A model generated the notes under the pieces. It ran no database searches, was not told the origin of the DNA, and saw nothing but the letters and a program-made list of their open reading frames with translations. A stretch of 60,991 bases of DNA, the filler included, from Globobulimina sp. (taxonomy: Eukaryota): NCBI GenBank assembly GCA_003354225.1. It is 15 parts of 15 records of this genome, joined end to end, with 100 filler letters (N's around TTAATTAATTAA, not from the genome) between each part and the next. Parts side by side here need not be neighbours in the genome. Positions count along the whole stretch, not along the records: positions 24,452 to 28,423 come from PIVH01001803.1; positions 28,524 to 32,495 come from PIVH01001804.1; positions 32,596 to 36,567 come from PIVH01001805.1; positions 36,668 to 40,639 come from PIVH01001806.1; 11 more parts are not named here. One strand, written 5' to 3'. Below are positions 25,572-37,370 of the stretch, piece after piece. Position 1 is the stretch's first letter, and each line of letters starts with the position of its first letter. The position numbers were made by a program, and so were the translations under genes.

Positions 25572-25622
25572 GATGTAGCTCACTGTAAATGTATTTAAAT
25601 TAAAAACTCTACTTCAAATAGC

Positions 25623-28332
25623 ATGAATTTCAAAGCACTTTTATCCACAAACATAATTGACGAATGGAAGGATCATTACATTTCATATGATTTATTAGCT
25701 GACCAAATTGCAACAGCAAAACTTAACCTTTTTGGAGCTGATGCCACATTCGATGAAGGGGAAAGGGATGGATGTTTATGCAGATGTAACAAAAATAAGC
25801 AAGATGAAAATATTTTTGCCAAACAGGTCCTGTCTGTCCATCGTGAAAAAAATGATTCAGCTTCCAATTGTTCGGGAATATCATTAACAAACATGCGCGC
25901 TGACTCCATTGCAAACAAAAAAGAAACAGAACAACCTTTACTTATTTCAAGCATTTTTGACGAAACAGATATTAAAGTGATGAATGATGTGAATGATGAT
26001 GGAAATTATACATCATTTGCAGCTATAACTACAAATTTCAAATCCATGCTGAATTCAGAGAGCAACAAAGTGAATAACTTTTATTTATCTGTTGAAAAAC
26101 AATTATTTTACGAATATACATTGATTTGTAAGCGTTTGGAGAAATTACATGAACAGTTTAGAAACAAGACCAGCTATTCAACAAAAACAAATATTTTAGA
26201 AAATATATTCAAATCTCCAGCGTTACGTTTCAGCTTTGCATCGGGCACAGAAACCGAAGAAGAAGAAGAAAAGAACAGATTCGTTTACCGGACTGCCTCC
26301 AATGCCTCGTCATCATCACAGACATCGCTCAATAACCGAGCTGGTCACAGCGACGCTAACATTGCATGGCTAGAACCATTAACCATTCCCAAATCCCGAC
26401 AATCTAAAGATGTTTATTTGCAACAGCTAAAAATAAACATTTTTGTATTATATCAACGATTTATTGTATTATCAAACTTTTCAACGTTGAATCACATTGG
26501 TTTTGAAGTGATCGTCAACCGATTTAATAAAGAATTGAGATGCGATGTAAAAACTGATATTGATATTTCAGAGTATATTCATTTTGAGAATTTAGATTTT
26601 ATTTCCAGCTCTAAATGTATTGAATGCATGAATGGTTTAATTAGATTATATTCAAATATTTATGAATCCGGCGATGTCGATGGTGGTAAAATACGTTTAT
26701 TACATTCAATTTCTTGGAGCAACACAAAAAATAAATGGCTGAATAACGATAAATCCATATTTTGGATGGGCTGTAAGTTTGGTGGCATGGTGGGATTATT
26801 GTGTTGGGCTTTTTTAGCTTTTATAAACAGTGGAAACGAGTTATATTTCCCAACCAATGCGATTTATGTGTATAGGTCTTGCGGTGTGTTATTGTGCTTG
26901 CTATGGTTTTGGTCGTTTGATATTTATATTTGGAGCAATCAGCGCATTAATTTCGTGTTTATTTTCGAGTTCAATCCTCGAACGCGATTAACGTTTCTGC
27001 AGTGTTTTGATATTGCTACCACGCTCACTATTATTTATCTAGTAAATGCTGTATTGTTTGTTGAAACACTCGCACATTTTGGTCACAATTATTCCATTAT
27101 TTGGCCGTCCTCATTGTTTATATTTTATATTCTTCGGCTAATTTTACCAATTTTTGATCATTGGTCATCAAGGAAAATGTTACTAAATGCAATTTTTCAA
27201 TGTGTTATTGCACCGTTTGGTGTTGTTGGATTTCGTGATTTTTTCATGGGCGATGTTCTGACTTCTTTATCAAAGGTACGTATTAATGACATTTGTTTAT
27301 ATTACCTTCGTTTTGACGAAAGTTAAAACAAGATCAGCATTGTTAATATTAGATAAAACGGTTATTTTTTGTGCAGAAACGGGTTTAAAATAAATAGAAT
27401 TTGATAGTTGGACATTTTATATCAACCGTTTCTGAACAAAAATATTCAAGCTGCTTTTAATTAATTTTTTTAAAGTGGCTATATCTTATCTTGAATTTTA
27501 CGATAAAACTATAAAATGTACATACAAATATTGTTTTAAATAGGTGTTTGTAGATATTTATATGAGTGGATGTATATTAGTATTCAACGAATATTATTCC
27601 GGATCGCATTGCACAGACTCTCGCTTTACAGCGATAATGAAACCAATATTAATATGTTCGCCATATTGGTTTCGTTTTATGCAATGTATCAACAGATATT
27701 ATGTAACAGGCAAACGTGGCCCAAATGGTTTTAATGCACTTAAATATGGATTGTCGTTAAGTGTAACATTGATGGGTTCATTCCATGCATCATACACAAA
27801 GGAAGATTTTGATGGTGATAAGGATGATCATTTTGATATAGGGCGCGTTATTTGGTTGACCACAACATTGCTGTCGACATTATATTTAATATTTTGGGAT
27901 TTGAAAATGGATTGGAACTTATTCCCATTTGATAAACGTGTTAAATCATATCCACGTATCTGGTATTATGCTGCTATTATTATTGATGTTATTTTAAGGT
28001 TTTTTTGGACATTTACTTTATTTCCGGGAGTGGCTAATCCATATTTTGCGGATTCTGCGTGGAATGTAGTTACCCTGGATACGTTTGTAGCATTTATTGA
28101 AATTGCTGAAGTATTCCGTCGTTGTGTTTGGGCCATTTTCCGTGTCGAAAAAGCACATATTGGACAAAAAGAGGAATTTAGAACGTATCAATATATTCCA
28201 TTGTTTTATGAGAACAATACTTTAATAAAAGGAAAAGAAAAAAAGGGCAAACCAATGACAATGTTTATGGAAGTAATTGCAATATTCATATTATTAATAG
28301 TTATTGCTGTTGTTATTGTCATTACAAAGTGA
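25623..28332 (+). CDS. SPX-EXS phosphate exporter family protein (XPR1/PHO1/SYG1-like), 2 exons
   Basis: SPX start MNF..EWKDHYISY. EXS motifs INFVFIFEF, FRDFFMGDVLTSL, PYWFRFMQC, WDLKMDW and EVFRRCVWAIFRVE. Intron 27276-27543. Confidence 0.92.
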
Positions 28333-28585
28333 ATAAAATTGTAAATATATAACTAAGATTACAGCAACGTTTTTGTAATCGGTGACAAAGACTATATCTT
28401 CGGATTTTTTAATCATATTGAACNNNNNNNNNNNNNNNNNNNNNNNNNNNNNNNNNNNNNNNNNNNNTTAATTAATTAANNNNNNNNNNNNNNNNNNNNN
28501 NNNNNNNNNNNNNNNNNNNNNNNAATATCTTAAGTCTCCATCAATCGCCGATCATCCCGTTATAGTCTTATCAACACACTAAACT

Positions 28586-29024
28586 ATGGTACATTATTTA
28601 AAACATTTATAGCTATGGATGATGAGCACAACATATAATTATAATATGTAGGCACAAGAAGCTCCAGAGAAAAAATCAGCATTTGAACAAGCAACAGAAT
28701 TCGTCAGAAATTTACCAAAAGAAGGCGATTTAGACAACGCCACAAAATTAGACTTCTATGGTGTGTATATTTTTTTTTTTCATGATTTTTATGCATCTCA
28801 AACATTCTGAATGTCAATGATTAGCATGTTTTAAGCAGGCGACAGTGGGTAAATGTTCAGAAAAAGGAGGTTCCCAACCATGGGCTGTCCAAATGGAGGC
28901 TCGCGCAAAATGGGATGCATGGGCTGCGTTGGCAGATTTGTCCGCTGATGATGCCAAGCAAAGATATATTGATAAATTGATTGCAGCAACGAAGAATGAC
29001 AAAAATAAATTTGTTCCACAGTAA
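28586..29024 (+). CDS. ACBP: Acyl-CoA-binding protein (103 aa), 3 exons; absent from the ORF track
   Basis: ATG-only first exon and introns 28589-28651 and 28761-28824 give FEQATEFVRNL..KLDFYACFKQATVG..ARAKWDAW..AKQRYI. Confidence 0.92.
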
Positions 29025-29185
29025 CATATGGAAAATGCCATTTGATTTTTTTTTTCTTAATTTGCAAATTAATCCTTGCACGTCAGTCATATGTAAAAGT
29101 TTTTTGTTAGCACAGTCAAAAGTATTTAGCCATTCCCACCATTTTGTATAATTAAGATGTGAAAAGAACACACGTTGTGAACAAG

Positions 29186-30706
29186 TTAAATATCATTTTT
29201 TTTGTGATTATCCGTCAACTCAACCTCTGTTTCCTCCGGAAGTGCACCATCAGTGTCAGTCTCATTCTCTGTCTCAGTCTCTATTTTCGTAGCATCACTT
29301 TTCTTATTTAATGTTTTTTTCAAATTTGCCATAGAATTTGATAACGCCCTCGACTTTTTCATGCAATCGCTGGTATTACAGACATAATCAAAGCACGGAT
29401 CATAGGCATTCTGCCATGTTTTGTCGCCTAATGTGGGAAATTCCGATTGCACGATACTTGAATGCACGCCATATTTATGTAAAATAGTTTTGCTTTGATC
29501 AATAATGGTCATCTTATCATGCAATATGTCACATTCATCTTTGCAATATTTATCCGTATGGTCGTTATCGATCCAATGCGGATCAATGATGAGATGAACC
29601 GTCGCCATATAATATCCAGTCTTTACTTCCCAACAATGCAATTCATGCACGTTCAGAACACCTGAGATCGAACATAACTCCTTCTCCATCTCACGGATCA
29701 CAGCAGAATCAAATGGCGATTTATCTAATAATATATTTGCACTTTGCCGCACCAATGGCCATGCCGTACGACTTAGAATCAGTTAAATATCCCTTCAGTA
29801 CATATAAAACAGCAAAAATACGACAAAAACAGACCTGATTAACAGAACAATCAACAGCGTACAAACAGGGTCAATGTAAGTCGTCCACCATCCTGACGTA
29901 TATTTAATGATCAGCGCTGACACCATAACAGCCACAGAACCCAACAAATCACCCAAAATATGCAAAAAAACGCCTCGTATATTGAGGTTTTCTTCGTGTA
30001 CGTGTTTCCGCTCTGGATTGGAATGCGAATGTGCTTCATGACTATGGTTATGACTGTGGCTGTGGTCGTGATCATGTTTCTGTTCATCGAGTTCGATATA
30101 GATTTGGATATCAACCACATCAGAAGCCGCAGCATGGCCATGTTCATGCGAATGACCGTGCGAATGTCCATGGTGCCCAAATATGAATAAACCGATTAAA
30201 TTAATAAATAAACCCAAACCGCCAACTATTAGGACATAATCTACGTTTTCGATGGATTCGTTAAAAAATGCAATCCTTTGAATGGCTTCTAATCCCATAA
30301 TAAAACAGGAGGTCAATAGTATGGTTCCATTGATTAATGCGCCAACAATCTCATATCGCATATAAACCATTGTGTGTTGGAAAGAGTTTTCCTGCGCCTT
30401 TCCATTGGCCATTCGATGTGCGAAATAGCCGATAATTAAGGCAATTAAGTCTGACATCATATGCAATGCGTCGGATAATAAGGTTAATGATCCGGTCGCA
30501 ACGCCAGTCACTATTTCTGCCAACATCATGGTTGTGGTTAATATGGACATTAAGATAAAGCGATACGAATCGTGGGCGCCTGCGGACTCTAATTCGTGTA
30601 TGGTCGAATTGAATAATCTATACCTTCTGCGCGAGGCAAAGGGTCTATTTGCAGCTGTTATTAAGGCTACTTTTATTGATGGTGACTTCGATCGATGACG
30701 CTCCAT
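29186..30706 (-). CDS. CDF/ZnT zinc exporter (ZnT1/Zrc1-like), 2 exons
   Basis: Metal-site motifs LLSDALHMMSD and FLHILGD, His-rich loop, C-terminal VHELHCW. Intron 29834-29772. Confidence 0.93.
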
Positions 30707-30778
30707 TTTTATTTCTGACTCTCTGGGGTGGGATGGGATGGGAAAAAAACAATTTTCTGCTAACTGAACCTTACTACA

Positions 30779-32209
30779 ATGACAGCATACGCAGCGCAGA
30801 AATCACTTGTTGTTTGGCTCACTGTCGCCATTTTAAAATCTACCGTAGAATCACAAATTATCGTAATGGACAAACCCGGCCCATTTTATCTCCCAACTCA
30901 TCCAATAACACCTGATGGCCAAACATATTATATTCCAGATATTCAAATTGAATTTGATATCTTATTACATAATACAAGTGTTTCTGGGCAGATCTTCCAT
31001 TTGGGGAAACCTCATGATTATTTATATTGGTATCCCATCATTTTCGTCTCCCATTATTCTCAATTTAAAGCTGGATGGACTGAGCCTGCGGAAGATTTGA
31101 AATCTGGCAATAAATACAGAATCCAAGACATACAATTTCCGTTTTTTGTGACTCAATGGCAACATATTTATTGTAGGTTCAATACAGCTCATGTTCATAT
31201 CAAACGAAACGATGTTGTTGTCTGGAACCAAGTGATTGCGGATCCATTCATTTTAACAACCGATTTGGATGGAATATGGGATATATTTATTGGTGGTGAC
31301 TCCCAGCGGTCAGCGCCTAACGCAACAATGGCAAATATAAAAGTAACGAGTATGGCTCCATTGTTATACACACTGATTCCAACAACCGCTGGTTTGTCAT
31401 TTGTATAATCTGTTGCTAATTAATTAATTATTTTATTGTTTCAGAATTCAGATCCAACAAAGCGTCCAACCAATTTTCCAACCAATTTTGCAACCAATAA
31501 TCCAAGCAGCACTCCAACTAATTTGCCAAGCCATATTCCAACAAATACGCCAAGCAAAAATCCAACCAATTTCCCAACAAATATTCCAACCAATTTCCCA
31601 ACAAATATTCCAACCAATTTCCCAACAAATATTCCAATCAATGTTCCAACAAATATTCCAACAAATACTCCAACAAATATTCCAACAAATATTCCAAGCA
31701 ATAATCCAACTAATTTAGCAACAAAATCAACTTCGATACCAACGCATAAGTCAAGCATTGAAGTAATCACTTCAACAAAACATGGGCAGCAAACACAAGA
31801 TGAACACGTTGAGACGCGGAGTAATGCGGACACTATGATTGTAACAATGATTGCTGGATTTTCATTTCTGTTTTGTATTATCATCATTTTGGTTTTTGTG
31901 GTTATAAAATTGGTGAAAACAAAACAAAGTAATATGGACATTCAAATGAAAGAAATTGGTGCAACTTACATTGAGTATGTTCCTCCGTACATGTCAATGA
32001 TGTGATAGGTAATAATTACAATAGTGAAGGAAACGGAGATGGAGATGTATACACGTTTTGTAAATCAGGAATTTAGTGATGATTCAGAGACAGAGAGTGG
32101 TGATGTTAATACCAAGCCGGGTGAAACAGATGGCTATGGAGACAACTTCGATGCGCAATTGATAAACGATATAAATACCATCGATCAAATAATGAAACAA
32201 ACATATTAA
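30779..32209 (+). CDS. Type I surface protein: beta-sandwich/lectin-like head, PTxx repeat stalk, TM helix, acidic tail; 3 exons
   Basis: Signal peptide. Introns 31392-31451 and probably 31959-32024. More than 20 PTNF/PTNI/PSxx units. TM helix MIVTMIAGFSFLFCIIIILVFVVI. Confidence 0.75.
31454..31745 (+). repeat. Coding 12-bp tandem repeat (CCAACVAATWTY-type units; Pro-Thr stalk)
   Basis: Visible 12/24-bp periodicity encoding PTNF/PTNI. Confidence 0.9.
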
Positions 32210-32595
32210 TATTCTAAAGCGCTTCATCTTTGTTGTGAATTAAGTGCATTATATTAAACAACCTAAAAACACAAGGTACTTAAACAAATATCATTTAATT
32301 TGTTGATAGCAATTTTTCTGTTGGGTTAATAAAAAATGAATTAATAATTTGTAAAACTAAATAGTTATTATCTCACATTTTAATTCTCGTTTGTAAATTA
32401 TAATTAATATTTGTGTTTGTTTGTTTTTTATTCTTTTTTGTTTGAAGTTAAAGTTTTTTTTTATCATTTTGTAAAAATAATCATGTCCCTTTCATNNNNN
32501 NNNNNNNNNNNNNNNNNNNNNNNNNNNNNNNNNNNNNNNTTAATTAATTAANNNNNNNNNNNNNNNNNNNNNNNNNNNNNNNNNNNNNNNNNNNN

Positions 32596-35500
32596 CAGTT
32601 TACGTTGAAATTCACTGCCAAAGGCACCAAATGTCTGCATGCCGAAATCCTGGCCACTTCTCTGAAGAAAGTGCATGTGACTTCGCCTGTTTTTTTCCAA
32701 AACACGTCGACGTTATTTTGCCCAAATTGCGACAGCGACACTGATAATAAGCTGTTGGCATTGATACCGTATACCGGCCATCATAATATTCACAAAGTGC
32801 CGGTGTTCTTTGATGGTGGTTCGGGCCGCTATCGATTGGAAATAAACGATACCAACATCGCGCATTTGCTGAATCATGACATCAATATCGGCCAAGACAG
32901 GAAAGTGAGTGTGATGCACGGCAACAATTTAGGGCGGACCTATTTATTTTTGATTGACTATTTCAATCCGGATAACTTCGCCTATATCAATGTGGAGGTC
33001 GAATTGGTGCGGAAATGGGAGTTGGCTCCCAATGCAGTGAAGGAAATATTGATTAACAGTTTCGTGGAAATGCCCATTATGATTCGGGACCAATTTAACC
33101 GTAGATTCAGTTCATTGGACGGCATGAAACAAGTTATTAGCACAAGCTCACAGAATCAAAAAGTGAGCCTAGAATTTGTAGCGCCGAGCATCAACCAACT
33201 GATTGAAGCCCATTTCAATCCAACCGCCGCAGCAAAGCCACACAAAACCAACAATACGCAAATTATCAAGGACCTCAAGTCCAACATATTGCAGAAAGTG
33301 CAGCATAATTTACAGAAAAAGACGCAACGCATAAACTGCAGCGACATGGACGGGAAGATCATGGTTCGTGGCGTCAGCAGCGGCTATGATGCGTTTGTGA
33401 TCAGTCTGCAAAGAGATATTTCAGAGCTGCAACAAAATATGAACTCTGATATGTTCGTCTCGGTGTACAAAGAAATCAAACCGCTGCATAAAGCCGTGGC
33501 CATTGCCATTAATATCAATGAGCCGTATACAATGCATTGGGACTATGGTCCGCTGCCTTGGCCGATCAAAGAAGTGATTCCCGTGGACCCGCAATTCCTG
33601 CATCCATTACTGGTAAATATCCCGGCCATATCCACTGCGAATGCCGCGTTGAAGGATGAAAACAAAGACTTTGGCTTCCGATACAATGGCAAAACGTTAG
33701 AATTTGTGTGCTACGAAGAGTTTCATTCCTTCATCGAGCTGACAGTCAGTAACCGCGAACTGGACACGTTGGCCCATCCGGTTCTGTGCACTGTGGCCAT
33801 CGAAGTTTATTGCTTCCCGCAATTTCAATTCAATTCGTCCAAAATGGAGATGGGCGTCGGGACCAGAAAGAATGCCAAGGCGTTGTACCCCGACTGGGTC
33901 AAATCGGAGAACATATCGTCAGAGTTCTTTGTGGAGATTGACCAGATTCAGACGGATGGGGAGCGGGACCGAGTGGTCTCCGTCGTGAATAACGACAACT
34001 TAATCGCAAAACGGTTGGGCTCCTCGCTGATTACCGGCACTTTGCAGCATCCCACGCAGAGAGTGCATATTCACGAAAGCGGCTTTAGCGACACTTTGGA
34101 GATCATTGTGTTGTTCAAAGGCTTTACGATGGAGATGCCGTCATATTGGATCATCAACGGATTGGATGAGATCGCACACATTGAGGGCTTGGACGGCGAC
34201 CATCATATTCTGCCATTTCGGCACAACTTTGACGACGTCTTTGTGGAATGGAGCAGCGAAGACGCAAATATCATCGAATTGTTATCCATTTTGCCGGCTC
34301 AGAGCCAGTATAACACGGAAATGGCGGACAAAAAGAAGGAAAGAAACAGCGTCGGCACGGGTTTGTCGGTGCGATTGGCGGCGCATTCTGTCGGTTTGGT
34401 GAATATTGTGGCGACCATTTCGTTGCGTAATCCGCCCAAAAGCATCAAAATGAAGACGCAGTTCCAATTGACGCAGACCATCACCGTGATACCGCGCGTG
34501 GTCTATCCCTGTAATTCCATCATTTTGCAGGCAAACTCGTCCTTGCCATTGTCGCCCATTTTCAATCCGGACACCAACGTGGCGGGCATCGGTCAGATTT
34601 ATAATGTGGAGCATGGCTACTCGCACAGCGACGGCTTTGTCTATGTCTCGAACAAGAAATTGAATGTCGAGTCCAGTGCGCCCACGGCGGAGAATGTCGC
34701 AGTTACATTGATTTTGCAGTCGCCGTCCCTGAAAAAGCCGCATGTGGCCAAACAATACCCGTTGACGCAGGCGGCCTCATTGATAGTGAGCATTGTGGAG
34801 CCGACTGGCCTCAATTTGCTGCAAAGCACCGTCACAAACAACCCCAGCGAGGACATTCTTTATTCCTTCTCGCAGTCTGTGGGCGGCGCTGACGACGATT
34901 CGCTGCCATTTTGGTCGTACAACAATCGCGTGGCGGAGGAGCAGGTGGCGCAGCAAAAGAAATACAGCAAAACGGAGAATGTTCTGTGTGAAAAGCAAAA
35001 CATTACTTTGAAAATCGCCATTTTGGACGAATTGGGGCGAGAGCTGCATGTCATCGATGAGTGCAAAGTGGTGTCCAATGACACGTCGATTGTGTTGCCG
35101 CGGAAAGACATTTTCATTTCGAGTGAGTCGATTGGAGGGCCCCAGTACGCCAATGTTTATTTGGATGCGTTGCAGGCGGGATTTGCCACTGTCACTTTCC
35201 GGCACGATCAGCAAAAAGATTCCTATCGACAACAAGCAGCGGCGGCGTCTGCGTCTGCGTCAAACCCATACTACGTCTACGACAATCCTACCTTTTTGCG
35301 CACCGTGCTGACAATCCGGGTTTTGTCCGCGGTGCAATGCGAAGAGGACTTTGGGATTATTTATCAAAGCGGAGGCGGCCGGGCAGCCAATTTAAATTTA
35401 AACCAAACTGCTTCTCTGAAAAGCATGGCCGCAAAAGCGGCGAATCTCAAACAGCAGCAACGCGAAAAGAGAAGAAATTGGCAGTCCGCCACTGCAAAAA

Positions 35501-35811
35501 TGGGCAATGCCACCAATATTAATCGGAAAGCGTTGATTGTAATTTTTTGTGTGTTGATGTTCGTATTCATCGTTGGTTGTACCTGGCAAAGTTGTTGGGA
35601 CATTTTTGGATTTGGGAGCTCGAGGACGCAGAATGAGAATGAGAATGACAACAATGTGGGGAATGGCAATGCGCTGCGTGCCATCGGCTATGACCAAAGC
35701 AACATACTGCCGCCGGCTGCTTTCAATCCCAATCCCTATGCCACCACCAACACCGCCAACAATTCCTTCCAGCAGCACCCGTTCAACACAGCAAACTCGT
35801 TTTATATGTGA
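32596..35811 (+). CDS. Large single-pass protein with tandem Ig-like repeats, nucleoporin GP210/NUP210-like (5'-truncated)
   Basis: Over 1000 aa of beta-rich sequence with repeated I.D..GR/NR.F and W.S.D/SND..IV motifs. One TM helix near the C-terminus and a P/N/S-rich tail. The family call is from resemblance only. Confidence 0.55.
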   Translation, partial: QFTLKFTAKGTKCLHAEILATSLKKVHVTSPVFFQNTSTLFCPNCDSDTDNKLLALIPYTGHHNIHKVPVFFDGGSGRYRLEINDTNIAHLLNHDINIGQDRKVSVMHGNNLGRTYLFLIDYFNPDNFAYINVEVELVRKWELAPNAVKEILINSFVEMPIMIRDQFNRRFSSLDGMKQVISTSSQNQKVSLEFVAPSINQLIEAHFNPTAAAKPHKTNNTQIIKDLKSNILQKVQHNLQKKTQRINCSDMDGKIMVRGVSSGYDAFVISLQRDISELQQNMNSDMFVSVYKEIKPLHKAVAIAININEPYTMHWDYGPLPWPIKEVIPVDPQFLHPLLVNIPAISTANAALKDENKDFGFRYNGKTLEFVCYEEFHSFIELTVSNRELDTLAHPVLCTVAIEVYCFPQFQFNSSKMEMGVGTRKNAKALYPDWVKSENISSEFFVEIDQIQTDGERDRVVSVVNNDNLIAKRLGSSLITGTLQHPTQRVHIHESGFSDTLEIIVLFKGFTMEMPSYWIINGLDEIAHIEGLDGDHHILPFRHNFDDVFVEWSSEDANIIELLSILPAQSQYNTEMADKKKERNSVGTGLSVRLAAHSVGLVNIVATISLRNPPKSIKMKTQFQLTQTITVIPRVVYPCNSIILQANSSLPLSPIFNPDTNVAGIGQIYNVEHGYSHSDGFVYVSNKKLNVESSAPTAENVAVTLILQSPSLKKPHVAKQYPLTQAASLIVSIVEPTGLNLLQSTVTNNPSEDILYSFSQSVGGADDDSLPFWSYNNRVAEEQVAQQKKYSKTENVLCEKQNITLKIAILDELGRELHVIDECKVVSNDTSIVLPRKDIFISSESIGGPQYANVYLDALQAGFATVTFRHDQQKDSYRQQAAAASASASNPYYVYDNPTFLRTVLTIRVLSAVQCEEDFGIIYQSGGGRAANLNLNQTASLKSMAAKAANLKQQQREKRRNWQSATAKMGNATNINRKALIVIFCVLMFVFIVGCTWQSCWDIFGFGSSRTQNENENDNNVGNGNALRAIGYDQSNILPPAAFNPNPYATTNTANNSFQQHPFNTANSFYM

Positions 35812-35931
35812 GGCCATTTTTGATTTGTTTTCAAACTCCTTTATTTAATGATTTTTCTTCCCGATTTCAGAACACATAAATCATTTATATTTAATTTATA
35901 CAGGAAAAAAAAATTAATTGTTTTGAAGAAG

Positions 35932-36567
35932 TCAAATTTTAACGCCAAATATCTTAAATTCTTGAATCTTTATATAATAACTACCACCATAATTATCCAA
36001 TATCTCCAATTTGAATTGCTGATATTTTTTGGATTTGATAGTCTTCCATTTTTGAGCTATTCTGTTGCGCGCATTATCATTACCAACAATGTCCAAATTA
36101 AATGACTGGAGTGTTTGAACAGTATTTGAGCAAATAAATATTTGTTCATTGAGTTCAATCCATTCATTCAAAGCACTGCTTCCCACTTTTAAACGAAATC
36201 TCTTCATTGAAAATGTAGTACCTGACCCTCCGATATTAACTTGTAATTTTGTCGGATAATACGTATCATTATTATTTATATCAAAAATAATCCAATCATC
36301 GGTTATTTCATACGCTGTGCTTGCATAACACTGACTGTCAGATGTTAGCACTCTGTCCGGTACACAGCCGTCATAATGACCTTTATGAGAATGAATTTTC
36401 ATTGAAATATGTTCCTCATTGGAAAGATCCAACCATTTCCCGGCATGCGCAACAACAATATATTTAATATTTGATTCAATAGTCATATTTAAAGGTTTTT
36501 GAATGGAGTGTTGTATCATAAATTGATATTTCTTATTAAATTTAAAGACATCTTGCATTTGAGCTGA
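35932..36567 (-). CDS. Galactose-binding-like (APC10/DOC or F5/8-type) domain protein (probably 5'-truncated)
   Basis: DWIIFD..PTKLQV..KRFRL..W..LQSF..FKLEILDNYGG..IQEFKIFGV is a jelly-roll pattern. Confidence 0.6.
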   Translation of the reverse strand, partial: SAQMQDVFKFNKKYQFMIQHSIQKPLNMTIESNIKYIVVAHAGKWLDLSNEEHISMKIHSHKGHYDGCVPDRVLTSDSQCYASTAYEITDDWIIFDINNNDTYYPTKLQVNIGGSGTTFSMKRFRLKVGSSALNEWIELNEQIFICSNTVQTLQSFNLDIVGNDNARNRIAQKWKTIKSKKYQQFKLEILDNYGGSYYIKIQEFKIFGVKI

Positions 36568-36667
36568 NNNNNNNNNNNNNNNNNNNNNNNNNNNNNNNNN
36601 NNNNNNNNNNNTTAATTAATTAANNNNNNNNNNNNNNNNNNNNNNNNNNNNNNNNNNNNNNNNNNNN

Positions 36668-37024
36668 CCTCGTCGATATCCTCATTTTTCAGACTACGAA
36701 GCCCCAAATCAAATAAATGAAATAAATAATAATGAATTGAGTCGAAAATATCTGCATAAAACCTAAAAAATGCATCATTATTATTATTAATATTTAAATT
36801 AATATTTTCAGATCCATTCATTTGACAATGTCGATCGCTCAAAATACACCATTTTATGTCACATTTCTTAAAACCATATTTGACAAATAATATTTCAGCG
36901 CATAAATGATACGATTCACTGCTTCGCACTTATTCAGGTTTGGCCTCCTTTCATCGCATTCTTCTGTACTTTCGAAGATGGCGAAATCAATCGCATGTTT
37001 ACTCTTTTTCTCGTTCGGATTCAT
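36668..37024 (-). pseudogene. Frameshifted fragment of a Cys/His-motif protein
   Basis: Two overlapping minus-strand frames (..CEAVNRIIYALKYY and KYGFKKCDIKWCILSDRH..FDSIHYYLFHLFDLGLR) with no evident intron between them. Confidence 0.45.
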
Positions 37025-37253
37025 CTTATTTATTTTGTCCGAATTTAAGTGACACGCTATTACCAATATTGTAGCTGTTGAGCTAAGGATTTATTAATCA
37101 AAAGTGACACGCTATTACCAATTTATTAATCAAAAGCTGAGCAAAGGAAAACCCAGTAACAGTTTTTCTTCACTTTTTTCCTACACTTTATCTCAAACTT
37201 TATCGACAGACAATTTGCGTTCAAAACCGCACCGCCCACGCAGATAATATGCT

Positions 37254-37311
37254 TGTGAAGCCAATAATGTGAACTGTGAAGCCAATAATGTGAACTGTGA
37301 AGCCAATAATG
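37254..37311. repeat. 21-bp tandem repeat, about 2.7 copies
   Basis: TGTGAAGCCAATAATGTGAAC x2 followed by TGTGAAGCCAATAATG. Confidence 0.95.
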
Positions 37312-37370
37312 CTTGATTTACCAAAGTCAAAAAAAAACCAATATTCTTCAGCACAGTATTCTGAACGACA

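Noticed and set aside
31441-31941. Antisense and alternative-frame ORFs with VGIF/QQIF repeats
   Set aside because: Shadows of the PTxx coding repeat. The same applies to the many antisense ORFs over SAS-6, the acidic protein and the GP210-like gene.
37254-37311. CRISPR-like array
   Set aside because: Contiguous tandem units with no spacers, eukaryotic context and no cas genes.
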